Part shown: positions 23,439 to 37,643 of the stretch, piece by piece | Numbering within the stretch: position 1 is the stretch's first letter | How the letters are laid out: every line of letters begins with the position of its first letter | Assembly (NCBI RefSeq): GCF_018350175.1 | Contig: NC_058368.1 | Coordinates: forward strand, 195,674,001 to 195,738,000 | DNA length: 64,000 nt | Direction: 5' to 3' | Source: Felis catus | Taxonomy: Eukaryota | Position numbers and translations under genes: made by a program | The notes under the pieces: model-generated | Told to the model about the DNA's origin: nothing | What the model saw: the letters and a program-made list of their open reading frames with translations, nothing else | The model's database searches: none

Positions 23439-25321
23439 GTGTTCACTGTCTTCGGGGGGAAAGAAGAAGAAGCCAGAGGCCTGAGGCTTACTGTGGGGCC
23501 GCACACAGATTACTTTCCTTCTCTGGGCCTCAGAGTCTTTGACAGTGTCTCATATGGATGGTCTTTGTGGCTCTACAGTTCTAAGGGTCTGAGGAAGGCC
23601 TGTGCTGCACCAGACTCAGGAGTACTAGCTTCACGGACAGTGGGCTGGGGGTCAGGCGAGCACGGCCTGGCACTGAGGATAGCCAGCACACTGCTTTCAA
23701 AAGAGGGCTGAGACTTCCCACCAAGAAGACGAAGACAAACATGAAAAGAGTACGCCCCCGCCTTTTCACCACCCACATTTTTAGCTCATTTGGCTGATTT
23801 GTTCCCAGAACCCTATGTTTTGAAAGATGTTATTCTCCACTGGGCTGTTTCCTCTTGCTCTCAGGTTAAAGTCCAAATTCCTTAACGCTTCAGACAATGT
23901 CCTCAAAATCCAGCCGCACTCCTCTCATTCTACCCCGGCTGTGCTAGACCTTTTTTCAGTTCTTCCAATGTGCCATTCTCTCTTGCCTCCAGGTTTTGTC
24001 TAGGCTGTCCCCCCTGCCTGGAGCACTCCACATTCTCTCCTTAACTGGTTCTCTCCTACCATTTTTCAGGTCTCCACTTTTATTCAGGTCCCCTTGCTTT
24101 AGTATTGTTCCTAGAGCATCTGATACTTTCTATATCAACCCTTTGTTGTCCTTTATCATCATTTCTTGTTTACTTTCTACACTAAGTCACAAGGTCCACA
24201 AGAGCTTCATTCCCAAAACTTTGCACAGGGCTTCCTACATGGTAGATGCTCAGTAAATATTAAATAAATGAATGTTACATAAAATGCTACTTAGCATATA
24301 GAATAAGTGGAACTTCAGGTCAACACGTGCTAACAGTTTGAGCAGACAAAACTGGTCTGATTCTAGCTGCTAGTAAGATTCGAGACATGTGAGTTACTGA
24401 GTTATCACAGGAGAGTAAATGATTTGCATTGAGTTTCAGGAGAGGAAGGGTGGAAACAGATGCCGTAGAGGAATCATAAGCCAGTTGTGTTTCCAGCCTG
24501 AGAATGTGCTCTCCAGAGTCCCAGACAAATGGGCACCCAGTGCCTCTTCTCCATCCTTTTTGGAGACATAAATAGGGAGCTTACTATTTGGTGGGTAGAC
24601 GGGGACCACAGATGACTTAAAGGAGGTTTTTAAAAAGTACTGATGCTCTCTGTCTCTGAGGAAGATAGAACATGAGTTAATAAACAAGAGGGGCTATAAA
24701 AAGCCAAAACAATGGAAGCCAGCCCTATCACTGCTGAGTAAGCACTGGCCTTGGTGATGGGGTCAGCCAGCCCAACTGATGGGTCCAGATGGGGGCAGCA
24801 GAAGGGAGGGCCAGCTCCCATCACCTCAGTGCCAATTTCAAACGGTAGCCCTCTTTTGCAATCCAGAAGGGATTGCAGAACCCAGGTGTGGCCCTGTTGC
24901 TGCCGGTTGCCTAAATAACTAGCTGATCCAATCTCAGTGTCAGCCTAGAGACAGGGAGTTCTTCAAGAGACGTAGCTAGAGCCCCTACTTTTGAAACGTG
25001 GGCCTTTCAAACTCTGGGCACTGGTTTCCTCATCTGTGGAGTAAGAAGCTGGACGAGTTGATCTTATTGTTGGACAGTAAGAGTAACAGCCAGCCCCCAG
25101 CATCCTGTATATACCAGGTATTGCCTTAGATGTGTTAGCTTTTTGGAAAATCCCTGCAGCCTCATGAAGTAGGCAACATCATTATGGCCATTTTGCAGAT
25201 GAAGAAACTAATACGTAGAGAGGCTAAGTAGCTTTGCTTAAGGTCATGCAGTTTGATAGGTGGTAGAACCAGGATTCTGACCCAGGTATTTTGTCTCCAG
25301 AGCTCTTGCCTTTAATCTCTA

Positions 25322-25875
25322 AGGCTGTGTTGTCCAACATGGCAGCCACCAGCCAGGTGTGGCTAGTGAGTGCCTGGAAGGTGGCTAGTCCAAATTGAGA
25401 TGGGCTACGTGTGTAAAATACACACTGGTTTTAGAAGACTTAGTATGAGGGGCGCCTGGGTGGCACAGTCGCTTAAGCGTCCGACTTCAGCCAGGTCACG
25501 ATCTCGCGGTCCAGGAGTTCGAGCCCCGCATCAGGCTCTGGGCTGATGGCTCAGAGCCTGGAGCCTGTTTCCAATTCTGTGTCTCCCTCTCTCTCTGCCC
25601 CTCCCCTGTTCATGCTCTGTCTCTTTCTGTCCCAAAAATAAACGTTGAAAAAAAAAAAGAAGACTTAGTATGAAAAAGAGAATGTAAAATACCCCAATAA
25701 ATGTTTGTATCGTTACATGTTAAAATATTAATATTTTATAGATTAGGTTAGAGAAAATGTATTCTTGACATTTATTTCACTTGTTTCTTTTTACATTTTA
25801 AAATATGACTGATAGAAAATTTAAAATTACGTAAAATTACATATTAGAGATGTTATATTTCTATTGGACAGTCCT
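25322..25875. mobile_element. hAT-Charlie MITE (MER33/MER3-like) interrupted by a young Can-SINE at 25448-25660
   Basis: Ends TGTCCAA...TTGGACA; the SINE has TSD AGAAGACTTAGTATGA. Confidence 0.75.
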
Positions 25876-25944
25876 GGTTTAGGCTATATAATCATGAGAT
25901 TGGTAAAGGATTATGGTTGTCTGTGAAATCCAGGCTTATCTCCT

Positions 25945-26137
25945 GGGGCGCCTGGGTGGCTCAGTTGGTTAAACATTTGACTTCAGCTCAGGTCATGATC
26001 TCATGGTCCTTGAGGACAAGTCCCGCATCTGGGTGAGCTCGAGCCCAGCTTCGGGTGAGCCCCACTTCTCTCTCTCTCCCTCTCTTTCTCTGCCCCTTGC
26101 TCACTTGTGCCCTCTCTCTCTCTCTCTCTCTCTCTCT

Positions 26138-26172
<35 letters not shown>

Positions 26173-26316
26173 GGGGGAGGGGAGGGGAGGGGAGGGGAGG
26201 GGAGGGGAGGGGAGGGGAGGGGAGGGGAGGGGAGGGAAGGGAAAGGAAGGGAAGGGAAGGGAAGGGAAGGGAAGGGAAGGGAAGGGAAGGGAAGGGAAGG
26301 GAAATAGAAAGAAAAG
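25945..26316 (+). mobile_element. Can-SINE with an expanded (GAAA)n/(GGGGA)n/(GGGAA)n purine tail
   Basis: SINE head at 25945; tandem tail 26138-26310; TSD AATCCAGGCTTATCTCCTG. Confidence 0.9.
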
Positions 26317-26337
26317 CAATCCAGGCTTATCTCCTGT

Positions 26338-26890
26338 CTGAAGTCCCCAAGATCACATCCAGGTTCAGTGATTCAGGAGGAGGACTCACGGAACTCAGCA
26401 TATAGTCACACTCATGCTATGACTTATTATAGTGAAAAGTCACAAAGCAAAATCAGCAAAGGAAAAATGTGCATGGGACAAAGTCTGGAGGAAACCAGGC
26501 ACAGGCTTCCAAGAGTCCTCTCCCAGCTGAGTCACAGTATGTGCTTAATTCCTCTAAATGAACAGTGGCAACACATGTAATATGTTGTCTGCCAGGGAGG
26601 CTCATTAGAGACTAAGTGCCCACGGCTTTTACTGGGGGCTGGCCATGGAGGCATCATCTGTTTAGCATGTGCCAAAATTCCAGACTTCCAGAAGGAAGGC
26701 AGGTGCTCAGCATAAACCACACTGTTTGTATAAACAGTTTGGGCCCGGTGACCTACTCTTATCAGTTCTGGGAATAGTGGAAATCCTCCTGAAAAACTGA
26801 AACTGAAGTTCCCAAATGCCAACCCAAGGGCCAACTGTGCAAGCAGATTTTTCTAAGCATAGCAGTCCTGCTACGTTAACTCTTTTCTGA
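26338..26890 (-). mobile_element. Solo ERV LTR, MER77/MER21-like
   Basis: Resembles the recalled MER77-type consensus (CCCAAGATCAC...GGACTCAC...CAAAATCAGCAAAGG...GTTAACTCTTTTCTG). Confidence 0.65.
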
Positions 26891-29800
26891 AGATCTCCCA
26901 ATTAAACTTTACCAGGACCTGGCCTGGCAAATACCAGGTTTGTTGAGCTTTCCTGACATGGGAGTCAGTGATTCCCTCTCACTCCAAAGCCTGCTTAGTT
27001 GGAGGGAGACTTGTAAAAAGATAATGAGCCCCTGCAGACTATCTCATTCGATTGGCCCTCATCTGAGAGGCTGAGTGATTTGTCCAGGGCCCCACAGCAA
27101 ATTCAGGCATCTCTAAGAGTCACACCAGGCTGGATACAGTTCCAAGTTTTCAGTCAAAACGGCCCTTCCTTTCTCTGGGATTCCTTATATCTTTCTAGAA
27201 CCCCAAACTCTTTTTGCCATTTCTCAGTAGTAGTGAGCCCTACCTATGTCTCTGCTAGCCTCACACCACCCACCTCCATCCTTTCTAGGTTATTGTTGGG
27301 CTGGGAGACTATAGTGTTGGAGAAGAATAACAACCTTCATAAATAGTCACTTAACAGTGAACAACCCATATCCTACTTCCTGTGGGTTAACTAACAATGC
27401 ACAAAACCAATGGGGACTAGAAGGAACTAATAAACTCTAGAGCAAACAAGATGAGGTGGGTAGCTTCTCACTGCCCCTCCCTCCCTCTTCTCCCAACGTG
27501 ACCACAGCCAAGAAAAGGCCAGGTCAGGTCTGTATCATTCCTACCCCTTCCCCAACTCAGAAGGTTCATGCCAAGGGGGCTTGTGAGGTATACTTGAGAA
27601 GGTTTTGGAGTGAGAGTCTGGAGTCCTGATCCTATCTTAGTATGTCCCATAGACTAGTCCCTTCTCTCTGAACCTTGCAATCCCTCCAACTCTGAAACGA
27701 GGAAAACAGAATTCTGGGGCTTTGTCCATCCCAGGCAGTCTGTGATGTGCCATTTCTCATGAACTGACCCCAGGGGAGGAGTCCATGAAGATAAATGCGG
27801 TGGTGCCCAGGAGAGTCTGCCCAGTCAGGGGTGGGTTATAGGGTGAGGGTGGACTGTGGGTAAATCATATTGTCTCTTTCTTTGTGGGTACCATCACCCT
27901 CAAATGGTTATTTTGATTTGAAATGAGTGAGGCACTTAGTTCAGAGTCTGCATATCACCACTGCCATCCACATCCCCTGCAAGATGAAGAGGTTGAGCCC
28001 CGCGCCTCTGGGCCCTAACCTTATTAAGACACACTCTACCACCAGCTGGCTGGGTAACTTCAGCCAAAGCAGAGCCACCCCTCTAGGGTGTGACCTTCCC
28101 CCTGGAAGGTGTTAAATGGGGTCCACACTTTCAGCCTTGCTTGCTCAGTAAGCCTTTTAGGGAGTGCTGATAGATCGTTGGAACAGGAAGAAACTAGAGC
28201 AAGAACTCTAAGAACTGAGGAGGTTTTTTCTACCCCTTCCAATTCATTCTTTGTCTCCAGAGCCATGCCTTGTCAGTGCCTTTTCCTCATCTTACTGAGC
28301 TCTTAAACTTACTAAACTAAGTATTCCACAAGCACATTAGTAAACAACAGGTGTTTGTTAAGCACTTACTATGTGCTATGCACTATGCTTACTGCTGAGG
28401 ACTCAGAGTGAACAAGAGATTCTTGCCCACAAGAGGCTTACAGTCTGGTGGCGAGGTGAAGACAAACCAGCTGTGCAGGGTGATGGACACTCTCACAGGG
28501 GAAAGTGGCAGCACAGAAAGGGAAACCTAACTCAGATGAGTGGCTGCATGGCTGGCTTCCAGGTGGAAGTAACTAGTAATCTGGGCAGGAGCAGGAGGAC
28601 TCCTTCATGGGTGAGACATGGGAAAGAGTGGGGTTGAAGGAACCACTGGATCGAAGACTGACTAACCTCTTCCAGCTTTTATACTCCGTGTTCCTCATGG
28701 CTAAAGCAGAGAGTTCAAGGAGAAAAGTGACTCAAGGTAAGGCTGGAGAGGTAAACAAGGGCAGATGGAGATGGGCTTTGATGACCTTGGACTTTATCCT
28801 GAGGACAGCAGACAGAAAAAGCCTCCTTCCTCACATCACTTTGTTTTGTTATTCTTTTATTTCTTTTCACAATTTTAAGTGATCTCATTCATTTATTTTT
28901 ATCTACCTATTTATGGTCTATTCTATTCTCCTCCCAAGAAGAATGTAAACAACATGGGTGGGGGCCAGGATTAGGGAGATGGGATGGGTGGAGGGGGAAA
29001 AGGGAAGGGCAAACAGATTTTAAATACCCATTGTGTGTGCTAAACACAGTGCTGGGCACCTTCTCCCATGCATATTCTTTGAGGAGGGCCCCATTATGAC
29101 CCCCATTGTACAAGGGAGGAAACCGAGACTCAGAGGGATGAATTGCCTACCCAAAGTTATCAAGTGTGTCTAATGTGAAAATGGATCCTCTTTTCATTAT
29201 GGAAGAAAGGGTGATGGAAGGGGATAGGAGAGGAGAAAGGAAAGAGGAGGAGAGCCATCACAGGGAGAAAGAAGGAAGGGAGGAGAGGGCAATGGGCCCA
29301 GAGTTGTTCTTGAATCCCAAAAGGTTGACGGGGGCATGTTTATGAGAAACCTCAACAGTCAGAAAGAGCATGACCTCCCAGCCTGCCTGTTCCTGCCCCG
29401 TGACTGCTCTAGGCTATAAACAGCCTGTTTATTAACCCCAGGAAACTGGCTCCTCTGCCACTTAGCTTTATCTTCTGGGATGGGCGGGCTTGGAGAGCAG
29501 GGGGCGCCTGGCCAAGAGTTTCCAGACTAGGAGGAGTGGCGGTTAGAAAGTCAATGCTCCTTTAAGAGCGGGGTCAAAAGAAGCCACAGAGAGCACACAA
29601 TCTGTCTACATCCACCCCCTTGTAGATTTGCTCCAGGCTGCACGGTGGGTTAATGGGCCCTAAGAACCCTTGACCCCATAGTTGCCACTTTAAGGGAATT
29701 AAGCTTGACTCAGCTCATTATTTTCCCTAATGACCACCATCATTAGAGCACTGTGGTGAAATCAAATGAAATAATGGCTATAAAGGCCCTTGGCAAACTG

Positions 29801-29892
29801 AACCCCCCTGAGCATTTGAGCATTTGTTCCCAGTCCAGTCCCTCATGCCTCCCCAATCACCACACCTGCTATTCAATCCCTTAGGACAAATT

Positions 29893-29901
<9 letters not shown>

Positions 29902-29973
<72 letters not shown>

Positions 29974-29978
29974 TCTCA
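29902..29978. repeat. Compound (CA)n(CT)n microsatellite
   Basis: Directly visible. Confidence 0.95.
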
Positions 29979-32900
29979 CTTACTCACCCACTCACGACAT
30001 GATTACCACCACACACCAGGTCTCAACTGAAATGAGGGTTATAATAGTACTTATCTACTAGGTTGTTGGAAGGATTAAACGAGGTACTTCTATGAAGGTT
30101 AGCACTGTGCCTGGCACCTCCACATGCTCACTCAGTGTTAGCTACACCTATGCCGAGTGTCCCTTGAGAAATTCCATTAAAAGCCTCCCACAGCAAGTAG
30201 CCTGGAATGGGAATATTTTTGAATGGGGAAAAAGATGTGGCTGGTATGGGCTGGGGCTGGAATAAGAGGAAGTAGGTTTCATAGACAGTTTGAAGAACTG
30301 GAATGAGAATACCAAGAACCCTGTGGAATTTCTGGGAAAGGGAGGGTATGTCCAAACACAAGAACTGGATAAAAAGTCTGAGGATATTTACAATTCAGAA
30401 AGAACAGCACAAACACCATCTAGTTCCAAGGCAAGTGGTAGGACGTGGTGACCTTTCAAGGACACAGGAACTTGTGGCCGTAATTGAAAGGTGTTGAAAA
30501 CTAGCCGAACTCACAGGGCTCATCCTGCTGGCCTCTGCTCCGGAATTGGTGAGTGTGGAGGATCCCCTCCCCCGCCACTTGCACTTCCAGAAACTTCTCT
30601 CACTGTTCCCAATAATACTGCCCTACCTTGAGCCTTAGAATCTGTCCCTGTCTTTTCCTTTCTCTCATAGTCCCACTGGATCTATATATTTTTGAACAGT
30701 TCGAGAATTTTTATTCATATAAGTAATACATGATTACATTCTTATAAAATTAAAACTTGATAACTAAGGTGACAATCCCATTCCACCCTTTCTGCTTTCC
30801 ATTTTTGTCACAACTCTTTTCTAGCATAATTAGCAGTAGGTTTATTCTTCCAGACTTTTCTCTCTGCCTACACATGCATTGCTTAAAATATATATGTGAC
30901 AGCTTTTTTTTTTTTTTGGTTTACCTTTTTTTTCCCATAAGTATTATGACACATTATTATTGTGCTACAATTTGCTTTCCCCATCCACTATATGTTTGGG
31001 AAATCTGTCCATGCTAGCATTTTTAATCTAATTAATTATTAACCACTGCACAATGTGGGTGTTTTATGGTTTATTTGCTAGCTCCTCCCCTCACCCATCC
31101 TTTCACTGACGCAGACAATGCTGCCTGAACATCCTTCATCCACCTTGTGCACATGCGATTTTATTTTTCTGTGACAGAAATCTGGCAGTGGAATTACAGG
31201 TTATTGGGGTAAGAACATCCCCTGTGGAATCTTAAGTATAAATTCTCCCTAGCTGGTTCCTGGGGCCACATCTTGTGATTCTCAGGTACCATATCTAAAG
31301 CACCAGCTTCCTATTTTGAGCTTCCCAGGGAGCATCTCCACCAGAGCTCCCTCAATCTCACATAAGAAAAGTGACCTCATCTCTTCTTCCCTCCCTGCAG
31401 CCCCTCTTCTGGAATATATATTCACCTTCTCCCTGTTGCCCAGACATGGAAACTTTAATCATACTGTTCTCCTCTCTCCCTCCAACGTCTAGTGAGATGT
31501 CACATCCTGTGGATTTTATCTCAGTAATGTCTTTTGGTCCTCACTCCTTCTCTGGTTATCTTTGGCCAGGATTATTTTAACAGTCTCCTAACTAGTCTTC
31601 TTATGCAATCCAACAATTTAATCTTTATAAAGCATGGGTCATGTCATTGTCTTTGGTTGGTTCCCCCCTGAATACGAAATCCAGTAGGATCTCCTTGGCT
31701 CGCTCTTCCCAGACTTCTCCAATCTGACTCAGCTTTCTCCTTCTAGTTTTGATCTCTTCAGATTCCTCCTCTTTCAACCTCCAGGCACACCGACCCCCTT
31801 GCATTTGCAAATGTACTTGTATTTCTGGACTCTAAGACTTCATTTCCATGTTTCCTCTCCTAGAATTCTCTTTCAGAGCTCTGTCTGCTGAAAGCCCACC
31901 ATCCCTATTGGGTCCTGTCAAACTGATATGAAGGATGCGATTTCCAGTGTTCTCTCACAAACAGCCAGTTTCTTAACTCTCTGACCATCAATTTTCTTTC
32001 CTGTGAAAAAGATATAATCCCTTCCAAGTCTATGGGGAATTTCTAACGAGTGCACATAAAGCACTTAGCATGGTGCCTCTTACAGAGGAAATGGTAACTA
32101 AACCTTAGCTCTTACTGCTACCATGCCTCTTTTATAAAGCTACGTCTTACTGCAAAGTAACGTTCTTGCCTTCCTGGGCTCTCTCCATTCTGGTGGACAT
32201 TTAGTCTTTCAGTTATTTATGTAGAAGTCTGTCCTCACACCTGATAATGACCCCTTAAAGGGCAGGGCTTCTCCTATATATTTCTGCATGGTGTCCCAGC
32301 ACAGTGCCTAGAACTGAATTGAATGTAGGGAGAATCCTTTATTGCTGTCAGCTTTGGAAGTGCAGGGGAATGAAGCGAGCCAGCTCTATGGAATCAGAAG
32401 GCAGTTTTGAATCCCACCACAGCACTCACTGGGTGGTGAGAATCTGTACACTTACATCACTTACTCTCCCCCCACCTAGTTTCCTTACCTAGAAAATGGG
32501 GGAAAATATTAATATCTACCTCACAAGCTTGGGAGGAGCTTATGTATGCCAAAGAATTTTCTAGTTGTTTGCTTTTAAAACTTAGCTTGTCCACTCATGG
32601 TGGTCTGCTTCCCCCTTGTGGATTAAATTCAAATTGCATATTAAACTCCTAATCCAGAAACCAGAGGTTTATCTCAGCATTGTTTAGATTACTGAAAAAC
32701 TGAAAACAAACCAGGCCTCCAAATAGGAGTTTGGCTAAATATATTGTGCTACATCCATAAAGAAGAATATTATCAAGCCATTTTAATATAATTAGATAGA
32801 TGTCTATGGTATACTGCTAAAACTCTAGTTATAAACATATAAGCAATGCCCCAAGTTTTCTAAATATCTCTATACATATGAAGGGATAATCCATTAAATG

Positions 32901-33299
32901 TCTAAATAGTGTTTACTGGGTGGTGGAATTCAGCTTCTTTTCATTTTCTTCTTTACAGTTGGATGTCTGATTTCTCACAATGAGCATATATTTTTGCTAT
33001 TAGAAAAACAGAGCTCCTTTAATTGTTGGGAAACTTGTCAGTAAAAACAGATACCCATTAGTACCTGTTGTGACAAGCCAATCTGAATCAGGGAGTACTA
33101 CGAATCATATATTTAAAAAAATATTTCGGGATGCCTGGGTGGCTCAGTAGGTTAAGCATCTGACTTTTGATTTCGGCTCAGGTAATGATCTCCTTGTTCA
33201 TGAGATAGAGCCCAGAGTTGAGCTCTGCACTCAAAGCCACGGAGCCTGCTTGGAATTCTCTCTCTCCCTCTCTCTGTGCCCTTCCCCTGTGTGCACGTG

Positions 33300-34089
33300 C
33301 ATCTTATTAACAGACCGAATCACAAAGACCATGTGATCATATGTATAGATGCCGAAAATGCATTCAACAAAATTCAGCACCTGCATATAATAAATACACT
33401 ATAATAGGAATGAATAGTAGGGATAGTAGGAATAGAAGAGAACTGGTACTTCCAGACAATGGAATGTCATTCAGCACTAAAAAGAAATGAGGTATTAAGC
33501 CATGAAAAGACACAGAGGAACTTTAAATGCATATACCAAGTGAAAGAGGCCAACCTGAAAAGGCTATATACTGTATGATTCCAATTATATGACATTCTGG
33601 AAAAGCCAAAACTCTGGATGCAGTAAAAAGATCAGTCAGTGCTTCTATCAACAATAGCCAAAGTATGAAAAGACCCCAAATGTCCATCGATGGATGAATG
33701 GATAAAGAAGATGTGGTATATATACACAATGGAGTATTACTCAGCAGTCAAAAAGAATGAGATCTTGCCATTTGTAACTACGTGGATGGAACTAGAGGGT
33801 ATCATGCTAAGTGAAATTAGTCAGAGAGAGACAAAAATCATATGACTTCACTCATATGAGGACTTAAAGATACAGAACAGATGAACATAAGGGAAGGAAA
33901 GCAAAAATAATATAAAAACAGGAAGGGGAACAAAAGCATAAGAGACTCTTAAGTATGGAGAACAAACAGAGGGTTATTGGAGGGATTCTGGGAGGGGGGA
34001 TGGGCTACATGGGTAAGGGGCACTAAGGAATCTACTCGTGAAATCATTGTTGCACTATATGCTAACTTGGATGTAAATTGAAAATAAAC

Positions 34090-34140
<51 letters not shown>

Positions 34141-35450
34141 AGAAAAATATGAGTGTTTGTCAGGGGTTAAGGGGAGGGAAAGGTGAATTGGCACATAACA
34201 AAGGATTTTTTAGGGCAATGAAACTATTCTGTATGATATAATGGTGGATACATGTCATGTTACATTTGTAAAAACCTACAGAGTGCAGGGCATCAAGAGT
34301 GAACACTATAGATTTTGAATGATTATGATGTTTCCTCTAAGTTCATCCATTGTAACAAATGTGCCACGGTGTAGGATAGTAATAGTAGGTAAGGCTATGC
34401 ACTGTGTGGGGACTCTCTGTACTTTGTGCTCAATTTTTCTGTGAACCTAAAATTGCTCTAAATAAAAAAATCTACTAAAAATAGCTGGTACATCCATGCA
34501 ATGGAATATTATCCGGCAACAAAAGAAATGTGTTATCAGGCCACACAAAAACATGAATGCATATTAAATGCATATTGCTAAGTGACAGAAGCCAAGCTGC
34601 AAAGGCTACTTACCGTAGGATTCCATTTATAGGACTCCGGAAAAGGAAACTATACAGGCAATACAAATAGCAATGGTTCTCAGAAATTTAGAGGGGTCGG
34701 GGGAGTTGAATAGGTGAAGCACAGGGGATTTTCAGGGTGTGAAACTTTTATGTGACATTAAAATGATGGGTATACTGTGAAATTGTCTAAACCCATAGCA
34801 CTTTAAGGAACAAACCATGAACTTGAATGTAATCAATTAACAACATAATTTGAGCAGTAGGAGGATTTCACAATGGAGTTTAGGCTTTGACAAAAGAATC
34901 TAACTGTATTACACATGTATGAAGTAACCTCACTGTAGGGGTGAGGGGAAAAGGTGTTGGCCTGATGGACTTGGGAAATGAGTAGAAGAGTAAGAGTAGA
35001 GGCCAATAAACATAAACACTGTACCTAGTTGCTAAAGTTGTTTTCCACGGGGTACAGGATAATAATGCTGAACCACTACACATGTATACCGGAATTGAAC
35101 AATTAAATAAATGAGTGTCAGGTGGGGGAGCCAGGTTTCCCACTGTTGCAGTGACAGGTTATAGATAAGCATGTAGGGAAGGCTAACATGATCTACGTGC
35201 GAGTGGATTAGAGCTAGAGACAGTGTGAAATCATGTTTGGCTTACTGTAGACACAGATGGATACAGAGAGAGATATTCACAGATATTCTCTCTATTCACA
35301 GAGAGATATTCACAGAGATATTCCTGTGCACATACAGGAGTTGGTATAAACACATATAGTTCTTTCCTCTCTCAGCTGACAGGGCCTAGAAGCCGTGACA
35401 CTCCAGTGGCAACAAGCATACCCAGCACCAGATCTGGGTTTCGTTTTTAT
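33300..35450 (+). mobile_element. Old L1 3'-end fragments with a younger carnivore L1 3' end (about 33640-34145, (GAAA)n tail) nested inside
   Basis: L1 ORF2-end and 3' UTR motifs (AATGGAATATTA, CCAAATGTCCATC, TGGATGGAACTAGAG). Confidence 0.75.
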
Positions 35451-35454
35451 AGAA

Positions 35455-35575
35455 CAGCTTGAGATATGATTCACATACATACAATTCACCCATATAAAAC
35501 ATATACATTAAAAATTATTTATTTTGAGAGAGAGAGAGAGAGAGAGAGAGCATGTGAGTGTGTGAACAGGGGAGG

Positions 35576-35619
<44 letters not shown>

Positions 35620-37609
35620 TGAATCTCAGACAGGCTCCACACTCAGCACGGAGCCCAATGCAGAACTCCATCTCATGACTACGAGATCATGACCTGAGCT
35701 GATATCAAGAGTCGGATGCTCAGCCAACTGAGCCATGCAGGCACCCCTATAAAGTATATATTTATACGGTTTTATTGTGGTGCAACTATCACCATAATCA
35801 TTTTTAGAATATTTTCACCAAACTCCCCCCCAAACCCATTAGCAGTTACTCTCTGTATCTCCCCAACCTTCCCACCTCTAGACAACCACCAATATACTTT
35901 GACCCTGAATTTGCCCAATTGAGACATTTCATATAAGTGAAATATTGCAACGTGTGGTCCTTGTCCCACTTGGCATAATGTTTTCAAGGTTCATCCATGT
36001 TGTGGTATGTATCAGTACTTAATTCTTTTCATGGCCAAACAATATTCCATCATATGGATATGCCGGATTTGATTTATCATCCATCAGTTTGTGGACAGTC
36101 AGGCTCTTTCTACCTTTCGGCTATTAGGAATAATGCTGCTATGAACATTTATGTAGAGCTCCCTGGAAGAAGAGAAGACCCAGCAGAATCTGTCCTGCAG
36201 CCAACCAGGCCCAGAAGGAAAACTGGCCACCTGGGGAAACAAAGAGACGGAGGCCTGGGTCTCTCATCAGCGTTTGTCTAACCCAGGGGAATGTGCTGTT
36301 CTGTGAGGTGAAGGGAGGGTAAGACCCTCAGCTTCAAAATGTTTCTAAAATCGCTCTCACTCGAATCCCAGACTCACGGTACCCACCTTGCCACATTTCC
36401 CCTGCACTGCCTCCATTCACATGGTGAGTTCCATCTAACCTCACAGAAACACATTGTACAAAACCTTGCTCTCTCATGCGTCTCACCTAGACACATCATC
36501 CCACCCTTTGGACATCCTCTCTTCAGAGCATGACTCACACTCCATGCCATTCTCCACGCCAACTTCTTCTCCAGGTATGCCGCACTCAAATCTTCACACT
36601 TAGGTCTTCCCAATCTTGCCGACTCTGTCTTTTTTCATCACATCTTGTGGATGGGGAGCTGTCAGGATGCTTCCCAAGTAACTTCTAATAAAAAAGGAAG
36701 GGGGCCGGAAACCTCCTACCCTGCCTTGTCGTTCTAAATTCTGTTCCATGTCCCAGGGCTTTCTCGAGAACTTCTAGCAGATGATTCCTTTTCTGGAGGA
36801 TACCATTTGTGCATTCTGCAGTATGTAGATTGATAGTCAAGATTTTATATGCTGTTGATTCCATTATCCGAAGTAGTTTCCCTTTTATTAACATATTACA
36901 TTATGGGGCACCTGGGTGGCTCAGCTGGCTGAGCATCTGAGTTGGTTTTGGCTCCCATCACAATCCCAGAGTTGTGGGATGGAGCCCTGCGCTGGGCTCC
37001 ATGCTCTCTCTCTCTGCCCCTCTTCCTACTGCTCTCGCTCTCTCTCAGATTAAAAAAAAAACAACTTATTATATTCTATGGTACATTTGTATTCTATGGT
37101 ACAATAAATGAACCGATGTTGATACATTATTATTAACCGAAGCCCATGCTTTATTCCGATTTCTTTAGCTTTTATCTGATGTCCTTTTTCTGTTCCAGGA
37201 TACCCTCTAGGACACTGTATTAGTCATCATGTCTCCTCAGGCTCCTCTTGGTGGAGGCAGTTTCTGTGACTTTCCTTATTTTTACAACCTTGACAGTCTC
37301 GAGAAGGACTGGTCAGGAACTTTGTGGAATGTCCTTCTATTGAGAGTTTTCTGATATTTTTCTCATGCTTGGACTGCAGTTATGCATTTTAGGAAGATGA
37401 CAGAAGCCAAGCGCCATTTCACATCATAGCAAGGGATGTGGTATCAACATGACTTACCAGTGTTGATATCAACATTGATGTGTCTGAGGCAGCATTTGTC
37501 ATACTTCTCCACTGCAAAGTTACTCTTTCCCCCTCTCTTTCTACACTATCCAGTTTGGAAGCCACTGCACAGCACACACTTAAGGACTGAGAAGTTATGC
37601 TCTCCATTC

Positions 37610-37643
<34 letters not shown>

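Noticed and set aside
26003..26405. Gly/Arg/Glu-repeat ORFs
   Set aside because: Translation of a SINE and its purine-repeat tail
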